From assembly GCF_006345805.1 (NCBI RefSeq), contig NW_021833592.1:1-55497 (forward strand): a DNA stretch of 55,497 nucleotides, written 5' to 3'. Every line of letters begins with the position of its first letter. Positions within the stretch are counted from its first letter, which is position 1. Source of the DNA: Octopus sinensis. Taxonomy: Eukaryota. The notes under the pieces are model-generated. The model was not told where the DNA came from. It did no database searches and worked only from the letters and a program-made list of their open reading frames with translations. Shown here one piece after another: positions 37,466 through 48,734 of this stretch. Position numbers and translations under genes: made by a program.

Positions 37466-37965
37466 ATATATAAGAAATCAAAGAAGGAAAATATTTTTAA
37501 TATATCTTGTATTGTGTTTGTCGACCGGTTTCACTTTCACTAAAATTTATTTAAATACATATTTCCTTAAAAGTTTTTTTATGAATGAACGTTTCAACAA
37601 ATAGAAAAAAACTATATACATATACACATCCATATATGTATAAATATTATTTATTTAAGGTCACAATATATGTATTAAAGCACTACTAATAGTTTTGTAT
37701 GTTGAGAGAACTCAAACATGTTCTTTGGATGCAAACCACATATCATAATGGACTAAAGAAATTCAATGATAGAAGAAATGCACAAAAACTGAGAAGGCAG
37801 CATAAAGAAAACACAAACATGAATCGTGACCTTTAAAATAAATAATATTTATCTCTCACCAGATGCAGAAAATTTGTTTGCTGAATTTTCTATCCTGGAT
37901 CAGTACATTATATTTATATATGTATATATATATAAATATATATACATATGTGTATATGTGTATGT

Positions 37966-38310
37966 GTGAAGGTGCATGGCTCAGTGGTTAGAGCGTTGAG
38001 CTTACGATCGTGAGGTTGTGAGCTCGAATCCCAGACCGGGCTGCATGTTGTGTTCTTGAGCAAGGCACTTTATTTCACGTTGCTCCAGTTCACTCAGCTG
38101 TAGAAATGAGTTGCGACGTCACTGGTGCCAAGCTGTATCGACCTTTGCCTTTCCCTTGGATAACACTGGCGGTGTGGAGAGGGGAGGCTGGTGTGCATGG
38201 GCGACTGCTGGCCTTCCATAAACAACCTTGCCCGGACTTGTGTCTAGGAGGGTAACTTTCTAGGTGCAATCCCATGGTCATTCATGACCAAAGGGGGTCT
38301 TTACCCTTAT
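37966..38310 (+). mobile_element. Full-length family B tRNA-derived CORE-SINE
   Basis: Head ggctcagtggttagagcg...gctcgaatccc; body tgttgtgttcttgagcaaggcactttatttcacgttgctccagttcactcagctgtagaaatgag aligns by eye to the MIR CORE domain (TGTGACCTTGGGCAAGTTACTTAACC...CAGTTTCCTCATCTGTAAAATGGG). Confidence 0.8.
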
Positions 38311-38353
38311 ACTGATATATATGTATGTGTGTGTATATAGACATATATACATA

Positions 38354-39636
38354 TCAGGTCATCCCATAAGTTCTGTTCGATTTTACCTTTTTTAAAATTG
38401 AATGAAATTTAATAGTATTTTAGAATGTCTGATGGAATTAAAAATTATTTTAATGCATTTGTGTACATTTAAACTAATTAAATATTATTTTACAGAATAA
38501 TAGAATTAAAATCTCTTTGATTAAAACCCTTTCTAACAAGTATCCAAAGAGCATTTAAGGCACATAATGCTTTATGAGTACAAAAAAGGAAACTCTGCAG
38601 CCGAAGCGACTTGAAACATTCACTCAGTTTATGAGAAAGAATACTTGAATGAAAGAACTTGCAGAAGAAGGTTTGTAAAATTCAGAAGTGGAGATTTCAA
38701 CCTTGAAGATAAAGATCAAACAGGACGTCCCGTTGAGTTTGATAATAAGCTGCTTGAGGCATCACTTGAAGAAAATCCTGCATTATCAGTTGAAGAATTG
38801 GCAATAAAGCTTAGTTCAAACCACACAACTGTTCATCGTCATCTTCAACAATTTGGAAAGGTAACTAAACTTGGAAAATAGATGCCTCATGAATTGTCCG
38901 CAAGCAACTACAAAGCCCGAGTTGACATTTGCTCTTCTCTCCATTCTTGCGAACTCATTTCACCCTTTTTGGATAGACTTGTGACTGGTGATGAAAAATG
39001 GATCTTCTATCGAAATGTTAAACGTCGTAAACAGTGGCTTGGTAAAAGGGAAAAAGCTCAACCACAATCAAGAAGGGAACTTCATGGAAAAAAGGTTCTT
39101 CTCTCTATCTGGTGGGATTGCAAAGGAGTAATTCACTTTGAATTGTTACTACCTAATGCAACAATCAATGCTCAAGTCTACTCTCAGCAATTAGAGCATT
39201 TGAACCAAGCTTTGAAGGAAAAAAGACCAGCTTTAGTGAATCGAAAAGGAGTGATGTTTCATCAGATAATGTGTAACTCCACACTGCAAACATCACATCA
39301 CAGAAGATCGAAGAGCTTGGTTGGGAAAAAATTCCTCATCCACCTTATTCTCCCAACCTTGCTCCTTCAGGCTACCATTTGTTTTGTAGTTTACAGAATC
39401 ATTTGGGGGACATAACTTTCGCAAGCCAGGAGGAGGTTGAAACTGATATTTCAGTGTTTTTGGCTTTGAAACCAAAAGAGTTTTACATTGATGGGATTAA
39501 AAAGCTTGTAAATAGATGGAAGGAAGTCATAGATAATCAGGGAAAGTACATTGATGATTAAATTTCAATTAAATATAACATTTGATCACTTGTTTCCTTT
39601 ATTCAAAGTTCGGACAGAACTTATGGGATGACCTGA
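38354..39636 (+). mobile_element. Full-length (~1283 bp) mariner (DD34D-type) transposon, inactivated
   Basis: 27-bp TIRs tcaggtcatcccataagttctgt(t/c)cga with one mismatch; TA on both sides (38352-53, 39637-38). Confidence 0.95.
38537..39561 (+). pseudogene. Mariner transposase pseudogene
   Basis: HTH region, *MPHEL (WVPHEL), VTGDEKW, YSPNLAPSGYHLF (YSPDLAPSDYHLF); stops at 38612 and 38879, frameshift near 39270, no ATG. Confidence 0.92.
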
Positions 39637-39789
39637 TATATATGTATGTGTGTATAGAGAGATACATGTGTGTGTCTGTCTGTGAATGTGTGTGCATATT
39701 TTTTCTTTTTCCTTTTTGCTTTAAGTTTCACTCTGAGGACTGTGGCCATGCTGGGGCACCACTATTTACTTTGCTAGACTTTCACTAAA

Positions 39790-39826
39790 CCTCCTCTGAT
39801 ATATATATTATATATGTATATGTATG

Positions 39827-39861
<35 letters not shown>

Positions 39862-40336
39862 CATCATCATCATCATATATATATATAGAGAGAGAGAGGG
39901 GGGGGGCAATTGTGCAGATAAACAAATTAAATATTACAGCTTGGGTTTGATATACAAAATATATTGAAAGAAAACAAAAACTGAAGAATTTCAGACAATG
40001 AATATTTAAGTATAAATGAATCTCTGGATCTCATCTGTTGACTATATATATACATACATATGTATATATATATATATATAATATATATATACACATATGT
40101 TTAAACACACAGACACACATATATATAAATACATATATACATACATATGTACATATATGTATGTGTGTGTATATATATGTATATGTATATCACCATCATC
40201 ATCATCATCATCGTTTAGCGTCCGTTTTCCATGCTAGCATGGGTTGGACGGTTCTACTGGGGTCTGTGAAGCCAGAAGGCTTCATCAGGCCCAGTCAAAT
40301 CTGGCAGTGTTTCTACGGCTGGATGCCCTTCCTAAC

Positions 40337-40379
<43 letters not shown>

Positions 40380-40518
40380 ACACTCATATATGTATATATG
40401 CATATATGTATGTATATATATATACATATATATATATATATACATAGACAGATATATAATATTATACACATGTACATATATGTATGTATGTATATATATG
40501 CATGTATACATATTATAT

Positions 40519-40549
<31 letters not shown>

Positions 40550-40620
40550 TGTCAGTGGATCATATTTACAGAAAAGAAGTGTGTGTGTGTGTGTGTGTGT
40601 CTGCATATATTTTTATACAT
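39790..40620. repeat. (TA)n-rich region with a partial element G copy (40192-40339, minus)
   Basis: Direct reading. Confidence 0.85.
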
Positions 40621-41247
40621 GCATGTAAGTATGTACTTTGTAATTGTCCTCAAACAAACACGAATTTAAAACTTTTCGAAGGAGAACTTTTGCGAAAATA
40701 TTTCGAAAATGTTTGGTAATTTGAACACCAGGAACTCCTAATTATTGTATAACTGTGAGTCACGCATTTTTTTCTGGGAAAGTCATTCTTTCAATTCATT
40801 TGACCCAGAGACTGTGACATCACATAGCCTTATAACTATTGCAAATGTGTGTGTGTCTGTGTGTGTATACAAGGGTGTGCTAAAAAGTTCCTGGCTTTGA
40901 GTAAAAGAAAGTACGGGATGATCAGTTAATTATGATTTTATTCAACGTATTCCCCTCCCAGATTCACACACTTATTGAAGGGGCCTTTCAATTTTTCTCA
41001 GCCCTCTTTCACTCTTTTACTTGTTTCAGTCATTTGACTGCGGCCATGCTGGAGCACCACCTTTAGTCGAGCAAATCAACCCCCCAGGACTTATTCTCTG
41101 TAAGCCTAGTACTTATTCTATCAGTTTCTTTTGCCGAACCGCTAAGTTATAGGGACGTAAACACACCAGCATCGGTTGTCAAGCGATGCTAGGGGGACAA
41201 ACACACACACATACACACACATACATACATATATATTCATATATATC

Positions 41248-41292
<45 letters not shown>

Positions 41293-41448
41293 TATATATG
41301 TAATGTATATGTATGTATGTATATGTATGATTATATATATATATATATCTTGTTGTATATGTATTTATTATATATATATATATATTATATGTATGTATGT
41401 ATATATATATGTATGTATAATATGTAATGTAATATTAATCTATGTATG

Positions 41449-41479
<31 letters not shown>

Positions 41480-41602
41480 GTATATATATATATAAGTGTA
41501 GGAAAGAATAGCTGAACGAAGATTTAACAAAATTCCTTTTGTATTTTTGCTACCCATATTGGTTATCATTTGAATTTCCGTATAAGATATTCATTTATTT
41601 AC

Positions 41603-41650
<48 letters not shown>

Positions 41651-41789
41651 GTATATTATATATATATATATATATATCATATATACCAGAGTAAACACAT
41701 AAATGTGAAACAAGGTGAAAAAAAAAGAGTACTCAATACCAGAGGTAGAGTCATATGCTTTATTTAAATAAAGTATATATCATATATAT

Positions 41790-42002
41790 ACAGAACGCCA
41801 TGTTAGATCGTTAGCTCCTACGCATTTTTTTTCTCTTCTTGTTTCTCTCTTGTTTCACTTCTGTGTATCTTTCTGTCGAAGAGCATAGGCTCGAAACGTA
41901 AAAGACTTGTTTTGTTTCTATTTCTGAGCACCATACTAATACATTGTTTGTTTGTACTCTACTTGCCTTTGTCTTTTGTTTATTTTTGTAAACCTTCCCG
42001 TT
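41790..42002 (+). mobile_element. ~210-bp (TA)n-embedded repeat with hammerhead-like motif (Penelope pLTR-like, inferred)
   Basis: Homologous to the reverse complement of the three units at 53431-54005. Confidence 0.65.
41868..41905 (+). ncRNA. Minimal hammerhead-like motif with CUGUCGA core variant
   Basis: TCTTT CTGTCGA A GAGC-atag-GCTC GAAAC GT A AAAGA: 5-bp stem I, 4-bp stem II, GUA triplet; position 6 is U instead of A. Confidence 0.55.
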
Positions 42003-42455
42003 ATATATATATATATATCATATATATATATATACAACGGGCTTCTTTCAGTTTCTGTCTACCAAATCCACTCACAAGGCTTTGGTTGGCCCGAGGCTAT
42101 AGTAGAAGACGCTTGTCCAAGGTGCCACGCAGTGGGACTGAACCCGGAACCATGTGATTGGTAAACAAGCTACTTACCACACAGCCACTCCTGTAAAAGA
42201 ACTTGGGAGTTTGGGCCTCCAACCAGGCTTTTTGCGTCACCCTGAAAGCCTGGAACTTTTCAGCATCCCCTTGTATATACATATACACTCCACACACACA
42301 TTCCCCCTCACCACTACACCCAATGATGTACACACACACACACATAGATACTTATAAATAAAATTATATTCTTCCCATAAACAAAAGCAAAAGTTGTCAT
42401 TACTATAAACAACAAAACGTTGAGCAAGTTTGAATATTATTGTTCTTGGTGCAAT

Positions 42456-42705
42456 TCATCATCATCATCGTTTAATGTCTGTTTTCCATGCTGGGAAGCC
42501 CGAAGGCTTCACCAGGCCCAGTCAGATCTGGCAGTGTTTCTACGGCTGGATGCCCTTCCTAACGCCAACCACTCCGTGAGTGTAGTGGGTGCTTTTTACG
42601 TGCCACCCGCACAGGTGCCAGACGAGGCTGGCGATCGGCCAAGCTCGGATGGTGCTTTTTACGTGCCACCAGCACGGAGGCTAGTCGGGGCGGCGCTGGC
42701 AACGA
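42456..42705 (-). mobile_element. Element G copy
   Basis: Matches the array unit and its continuation. Confidence 0.8.
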
Positions 42706-42954
42706 CCATCAAAAAGTTAGCTGCTGGTCATCATGTTGCTGTCGCTGGTCATTGATTGTGGTTGTTGTCAGTGAGGGTCACCTGCTGTTTGTCATCTCTG
42801 GTGGCCGTCTCCTATGGTGTCTGTCCATGCTCTCTCAAAACTCTCTGTCACGTAATCAAGGTGTGCAGAATCTATACTGACGGTTAGGATCAGAAAGAAG
42901 GGGACCAAAAGATGAGATCGTCGCTGGAGCCTGTTCCCTGTGAACTAGTGATTC

Positions 42955-43920
42955 TCTCTCTTTACTCTTTTACTTGTTTCAAGCCATTTGACTGCGGCCA
43001 TGTTGGAGCACCGCCTTTAATCGAGCAACTCGACCCCGGGACTTACTCTTTTGTAAGCCCAGTACTTATTCTATCGGTCTCTTTTGCCGAACCGATAACT
43101 AATGGGGACATAAACACACCAGCATCGGTTGTCATGAAATGCTAGGGGGACAAACACAGACACACAAACACACACACGCATATATATATATATATGCATA
43201 TATACGATGGGCTTCTTTCAGTTTCCGTCTACCAAATCCACTCACAAGGCATTGGTCGGCCCGGGGCTATAGCAGAAGACACTTGCCCAAGGTGCCACAC
43301 AGTGGGACTGAACCCGGAACCATGAGGTTGGTTGACAAGCTACTTACCACACAGCCACTCCTACGCCTGGAAAGATTTTTTTTTTATCATGTGGGTAATA
43401 TTTTAGTGAATCGTGGTGTTGGGTGATTGCCGAATATTCCCGCTACAGATCCATCAGTGGTCAGATCTGCAGAGGGATGGGCTGTGCCAGGTTTTAAATT
43501 TCTCAAAATCACCCTATAGACCCCCAATGGTGCTATTGTGATGGCATCATAGAGGTGAGGGACCAAAGGCAAGACACACCAAAGGCAAAACATACACACA
43601 CACACACATATACATGATAGGTTTCTTTCAGTTTCCGTTTACCAAATCCACTCACAAGGCTTTGGTCGGCCCATGGCTATGGTAGAAGGCACTTGCCCAA
43701 GGTGCCATGCAGTGGGACGGAACCCGGAACCATGTGGTTTGTAAGCAAGCTACTTACCACACAGACACTCCTACACGACAGGCTTCTTTCAGTTTCTGTT
43801 TACCAAATCCACTCACAAGGCTTTGGTCGGCCCATGGCTATGGTAGAAGACACTTGCCCAAGGAACTGAACCTGGAACTATGTGGTTGGAAAACAAGCTT
43901 CATACCACACAGCCATGCAT
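42955..43920 (-). mobile_element. SINE family A: full copy 42955-43368 and two head fragments 43615-43920
   Basis: Direct similarity to 22148-22563. Confidence 0.85.
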
Positions 43921-44044
43921 GTATATATATGTATGTGTGTGTAGGTGTGTGTGCATGTATGCTTTAGTGTATATACATACCTGTGTGTGTACATATATGT
44001 TTTTGTGTATATACATATTTGTGTGTGTGTGTAAACAGAAGACA

Positions 44045-44115
44045 GGCAAATAAAACAGATGGATAGGTTGATGGATGGATGGATGGACGGACGGACGGAC
44101 AGGTTGATAGACAGA

Positions 44116-44146
<31 letters not shown>

Positions 44147-44175
44147 GTAGATAGATAGATAGACACACAGACACG

Positions 44176-44215
<40 letters not shown>

Positions 44216-44235
44216 CAGACAGACACACAGACAGG

Positions 44236-44286
<51 letters not shown>

Positions 44287-44500
44287 GCAGGCAGGCAGGC
44301 AGGCAGACAGATAGATAGATAGATACACAGACAGGTAGATAGATAGATAGACAGACAGACACACAGACAGGTAGATAGATAGATATATAGACAGATAGAT
44401 AGACAGACAGACTAACAGACAGACATGTAGATAGACAGACAGACAGACAGAAGCCGCTAGATGGATGGATGGATAGACAAACAGATAAACTGCAAACACA
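44045..44500. repeat. (GATA/GACA/GATG)n tract
   Basis: Direct reading. Confidence 0.95.
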
Positions 44501-44659
44501 GCACTACATAAATAATCGGTATTTTGTGGTTTCCTACTTCCTCATTGCGTATCACTTACAGTGAGTCAGGGATAGACATATACGCTTACACACACCTTTC
44601 TTTCCTTCCCTCTCGCTACCTGCCCTCATTGCCCCCTCATATATATAAATATATATATA

Positions 44660-44726
44660 CAGCCCCAGGCCGACCAATGCCTTGTGAGTGGATTTGGTAG
44701 ACGGAAACTGAAAGAAGCCTGTCGTA

Positions 44727-44761
<35 letters not shown>

Positions 44762-45447
44762 CAGGAGTGGCTGTGTGGTAAGTAGCTTGCTAACCAACCA
44801 CATGGTTCCGGGTTCAGTCCCACTGCGTGACCTTGGGCAAGTGTCTCTGCTATAGCCCCCGGCCGACCAAAGCCTTGTGAGTGGATTTGGTAGACGGAAA
44901 CTGAAAGAAGCCTGTCGTATATTGTATATATATATTATGTATATATTTGTATATCTATTTGTAGATATATATAACCGATATATAGCGGTTCGGCAAAAGA
45001 GTGATAGAAAAGTGCTTACAAAGATGTCCACGGGGTCAAGTTCTGACTAAAGGTAGCTGGCAGTCCAAATGCTGAAACAGTCACATGGTTAGGGTTCAGT
45101 CCCACTGCGTGGCACCTGGGCAAGTGTCTCTGCATAGCCCGGGCCGACCAAAGCCTTGTGAGTGGATTTGGTAGACGGAAACTGAAAGAAGCCTGTCGTA
45201 TATATGTATATATATATGTATGTATGTGTTTGTGTGTCTGTGTTTGTCCCCCTAGCATTGCTTGACAACCGATGCTGGTGTGTTTACGTCCCTGTCACTT
45301 AGCGGTTCGGCAAAAGAGGCTGATAGAATAAGTACTGGGCTTACAAAGAATAAGTCCCGGGGTCAAGTTGCTCGACTAAAGGCGGTGCTCCAGCATGGCC
45401 GCAGTCAAATGACTGAAACAAGTAAAAGAGTAAAAGAGTAAAGAGTA
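44660..45447 (+). mobile_element. Three partial/tandem SINE family A copies, some with many small deletions
   Basis: Repeated gtgagtggatttggtagacggaaactgaaagaagcctgtcg at ~44685, 44878, 45160. Confidence 0.8.
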
Positions 45448-45469
45448 TACATACATACACACACATGCA

Positions 45470-45624
45470 CAGGGCCAGCTCAAGGCACCGAGAACTTAGG
45501 CAGTTGCCCAGAGCACAATGTGCTAGGAGTCGCCAAGGAAGGTGTGACAAGGAAGTTTCCACGTTAGCTTGTATACACCGAAGTGCCGTTGCCTGGGGTG
45601 CCAGCAACCCTAGAACCAGCCCTG
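45470..45624. mobile_element. hAT-like MITE (155 bp)
   Basis: Imperfect TIRs cagggccagctc / gaaccagccctg; flanking 8-mers cacatgca / cacataca resemble an 8-bp TSD with one mismatch. Confidence 0.65.
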
Positions 45625-45648
45625 CACATACACGGGGGGTGGGTGGGT

Positions 45649-46388
45649 ACTGAAAGTATGTTTGTAAATAAATCTTCATAATCAAATATGTGTGTAGGGG
45701 CATGGCTGTGTGGTTAGGGAGCTTGCTTCCTAGCCACATGGTTCCGGGTTCAGTCCCACTGCGTGGCACTTTGGCCAGGTGTCTTCTGCTATAGCCCCGA
45801 GTCGACCGGAGCTTTGTGATTGAATTCGGTAGGTGGAAGTTACTGCCGTGTGGTATGTGTGCGTATAGCTGCTCAGTGCCTCTCCGAAAGAGAGAGAGGG
45901 TATTATTGGACTTCGAAAATCCGTCCATAGAGTGAATGTTGAGTAGATTCTAGTGGGTTCATTCCTCTTGTAAGGGAAGGAAATAAGGAGAAGTGAAGGT
46001 GGAGAAAAAGAAGAAATAGAAAAAAATAGAAAAAAAGAAATAGGGAGAGTATGGAGAGGAAAGAAAAGAGAAAAGTGGGAAGAAAACAAAGAAAAAATAC
46101 AGGGGAAGAAGTCTATTTTTTTCTTCGTTTTCTTCCCACTTTTCTCTCTTTCTTTTCTCTTTTCTTTCCTCGCCATACTCTCTCTATTTCTTTTTTTCTA
46201 TTTCTTCTTTTTCTCCACCTTCACTTCTCCTTATTTCCTTCCCTTACAAGAGGAATGAACCCACTAGAATCTACTCAACATTCACTCTATGTTGACTGAT
46301 GATGATAGAGTATGGCCGGATTTTCGAAGTCCAATAATACCCTACACACATATTTTATTATGAAGATTTACAAACATACTTTCTCAGT
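45649..46388. repeat. Large fold-back element (~240-bp arms) with a SINE head inserted in the left arm (45698-45897)
   Basis: aaagtatgtttgtaaa..atgtgtgtaggg[insert]tattattggacttcgaaaatccg.. is mirrored at 46125-46388. Confidence 0.8.
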
Positions 46389-46394
46389 GATACT

Positions 46395-46790
46395 CAATAT
46401 AATTATCCATAAAATTATCAACCATCGTACAAACAATAACTCTGAGCACCTCTTCAAACTCCACCTGTCTAACACCCGTGGACATATTTACAAAGTAAGA
46501 AAACAGCACAGCTCTCATGACTTCAGGAAACATTTTTTCACGCTGAGAGTTGCTAAAGCGTGGAACAAACTGCCGGCATCGGTTGTTAGTTGTCGGAGCA
46601 CTGCATCCTTCAAAACTTCCATGCTTCCTGAGATTCGCCAACACTACACTTGATTTTCTCCCCTCCATACACACACAAGCATGTTCACTTTCCAGACATT
46701 TCTACATTACTGCATGTACTTTATATGCACTTTCTGACAAGTTGTGGTGCACCTGAGCACTGTATACAATAATTTCATTATTATTATTAT
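46395..46790 (+). mobile_element. CR1-like LINE 3' end with (ATT)n tail
   Basis: NTRGHIYKVRKQHSSHDFRKHFFTLRVAKAWNKLPASVVSCRSTASFKTSM. Confidence 0.85.
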
Positions 46791-47019
46791 TTATACCCAC
46801 CATTATAGATAATACCAAATGTACATTTTCGGACTTTTCATAATTTCACAATGTGATGTAATTCTTTGGTATAGCAATTGCATGCGGCTGAAGAGAGCTT
46901 TAAACCATCTGTTATGTCAATTACACATTGATGTAAGAATAGGTTGTTTTATAAAGCCTGAAACACGTGTACCGCGACATCCTTTGTGTTCTGTTTTTTA
47001 TTTCATTTGATATATCACT

Positions 47020-47556
47020 TCACTTCAGTTTGACCGACCAGTCTGTCAGGCGTCCATTTGACATCGCTGGTCACAGCACGCTGTCCACTCCTCTCTGGAT
47101 CGCGCCTTACTCATCCACGTGATCCCAATCGTCTCTCCACCGTCGTGGAGGTCTTCCGGGTGGTCTTTTCCGCTCACGCGGGTACCACTCAACAGTTGCG
47201 TGCGTGCGTCCACCGATTATCGGTGAGCCGGGCGACGTGTCCAGCCCATCTGTATTTGCTGCGTGTATACTCTGCGATGACATCTCTCACGCTGGACTTC
47301 TTTCTGATGAGCTTGCAGTAGGTCTCAAGATGAACCGCATGAAAACAAAGTTCATGCGGTCAGACAATGTACCAACAGGTCGAATGGTGATCGGCAGTGA
47401 TGAAATAGAAGAGGTGAGAGAATATGTCTACCTGGGACAGGAAGTAAATATGTGCTGGGATATCAAAAAAGAGATCTAACGCCGGATGGAAGGCGTTCAA
47501 TGGCATAAGGGATGTGCTCAAGGGAAGGTTGGACAGGACCACCCGCGCCAACCTCA
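47020..47556 (-). mobile_element. RTE LINE with an inverted 5' segment
   Basis: Minus 47330-47030: IRKKSSVRDVIAEYTRSKYRWAGHVARLTDNRWT...WYPRERKRPPGRPPRRW; plus 47330-47556: GLKMNRMKTKFM...IEEVREYVYLGQEV. Confidence 0.8.
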
Positions 47557-47590
47557 TTTGATATACATATATATATATATATATATATAT

Positions 47591-48065
47591 CATCATCATC
47601 ATCATCATCATCATCAACATCGTTTAGCGTCCGTTTTCCATGCTAGCATGGGTTGGACGGTTCAACTGGGGTCTGTGAAGCTGGAAGACTTCGTCAGGCC
47701 CAGTCAGATCTGGCAGTGTTTCTACGGCTGGATGCCCTTCCTAACGCCAACCACTCCGTGAGTGTAGTGGGTGCTTTTTACGTGTCACCCACACAGGTGC
47801 CAGACAGAGCTGGCAAACGGCCACAAACGGATGGTGCTTTTTATGTGCTACCGGGACGGGGGCCAGGCGAGGCTGGCAACGGACACGAACGGATGGTGCT
47901 TTTTACGTGCCACCGGCACGAGGCCAGTCGGGGCGGCGCTGGCAACGGTCGCAAACGGATGGTTCTCTTACATGCCACCGGCACTGGTAACACATCTGCA
48001 ATTTCCATTGATCGATTTTGATTCTGATCCTCACTTGCCTCAACAGGTCTTCACAAGTAGAGTTT
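47591..48065 (-). mobile_element. Longest element G copy, with ~50-bp internal subrepeats (ggatggtgctttt(t)acgtgccacc)
   Basis: (CAT)n at 47591, array unit, then three subrepeats. Confidence 0.8.
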
Positions 48066-48265
48066 TGTGTATATATATATATATATATTATATATATATA
48101 TATATAGGGAGTGAGAGTGAATTAACGACTATTGAAAAGGTTGCAAGATGCAACGAAACGAAAATTTTTAGGAAATAAATAGCTAAATGAGTGGCAGCTT
48201 AAAATAATAAAGCACAAAAAGAAAATGACTCCCTCGAGGCACAATATATATAGACATATATCACA

Positions 48266-48552
48266 GGGACTGACCAGGCTATCAGATGTTGCTACACATC
48301 GCTGGTCACAATGCGCTTCGCATTGTTTTCGCCTTCAATTGACGCCACCCCACTGGCTAAGCGAACAGGCCAACAGAGGAAAGAGTGAGAGAAAGTTGTG
48401 GCGAAAGAGTACAGCAGGGATCGCCACCACCCCCTGCCGGAGCCTCGTGGAGCTTTTAGGTGTTTTCGCTCAATAAACACTCTCAAAGCCCAATCTGGGA
48501 ATCCAAACTGCTATCCTACAACCACGATTCCACTGCCCTAACCACTGGGCGA
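48266..48552 (-). mobile_element. SINE family C
   Basis: Colinear with 28034-28334. Confidence 0.8.
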
Positions 48553-48734
48553 CATAACAATTGTTCAGCATTAATTTATCTTTTCGTTGTATTTCGCTTT
48601 GAGGTAATGTTATTTCTTTTGTGGAAACAACTTCGGTGGCTATACCAGAATAAGGAGCTATTTCTAGCACTAGAGTTAACCACTTAACGGTAACTCTCTT
48701 ATATTTACATATATATATATATATATATATATAT

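Larger units (their letters stand above)
41005..42193 (-). mobile_element. SINE family A inserted in the MITE, itself split at its internal microsatellite
   Basis: Tail 41005-41215, head 42035-42193. Confidence 0.8.
40870..42273. mobile_element. Tc1/mariner-type MITE split by nested insertions
   Basis: TA|caagggtgtgctaaaaagttcctggcttt at 40870 and its inverse aaagcctggaacttttcagcatccccttg|TA at 42273; halves 40870-41004 and 42194-42273. Confidence 0.8.

Noticed and set aside
22148-38050. tRNA genes
   Set aside because: The tRNA-like segments are SINE heads: A/B boxes without a complete cloverleaf, each continuing into a SINE body.
38537-39561. Domesticated SETMAR-like gene
   Set aside because: TIRs and TA duplication present, stops and frameshift in the ORF, no SET domain.
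44990-45130. Heavily deleted SINE as a new subfamily
   Set aside because: Many 1-2-nt deletions suggest low-quality consensus or decay, not a distinct family.
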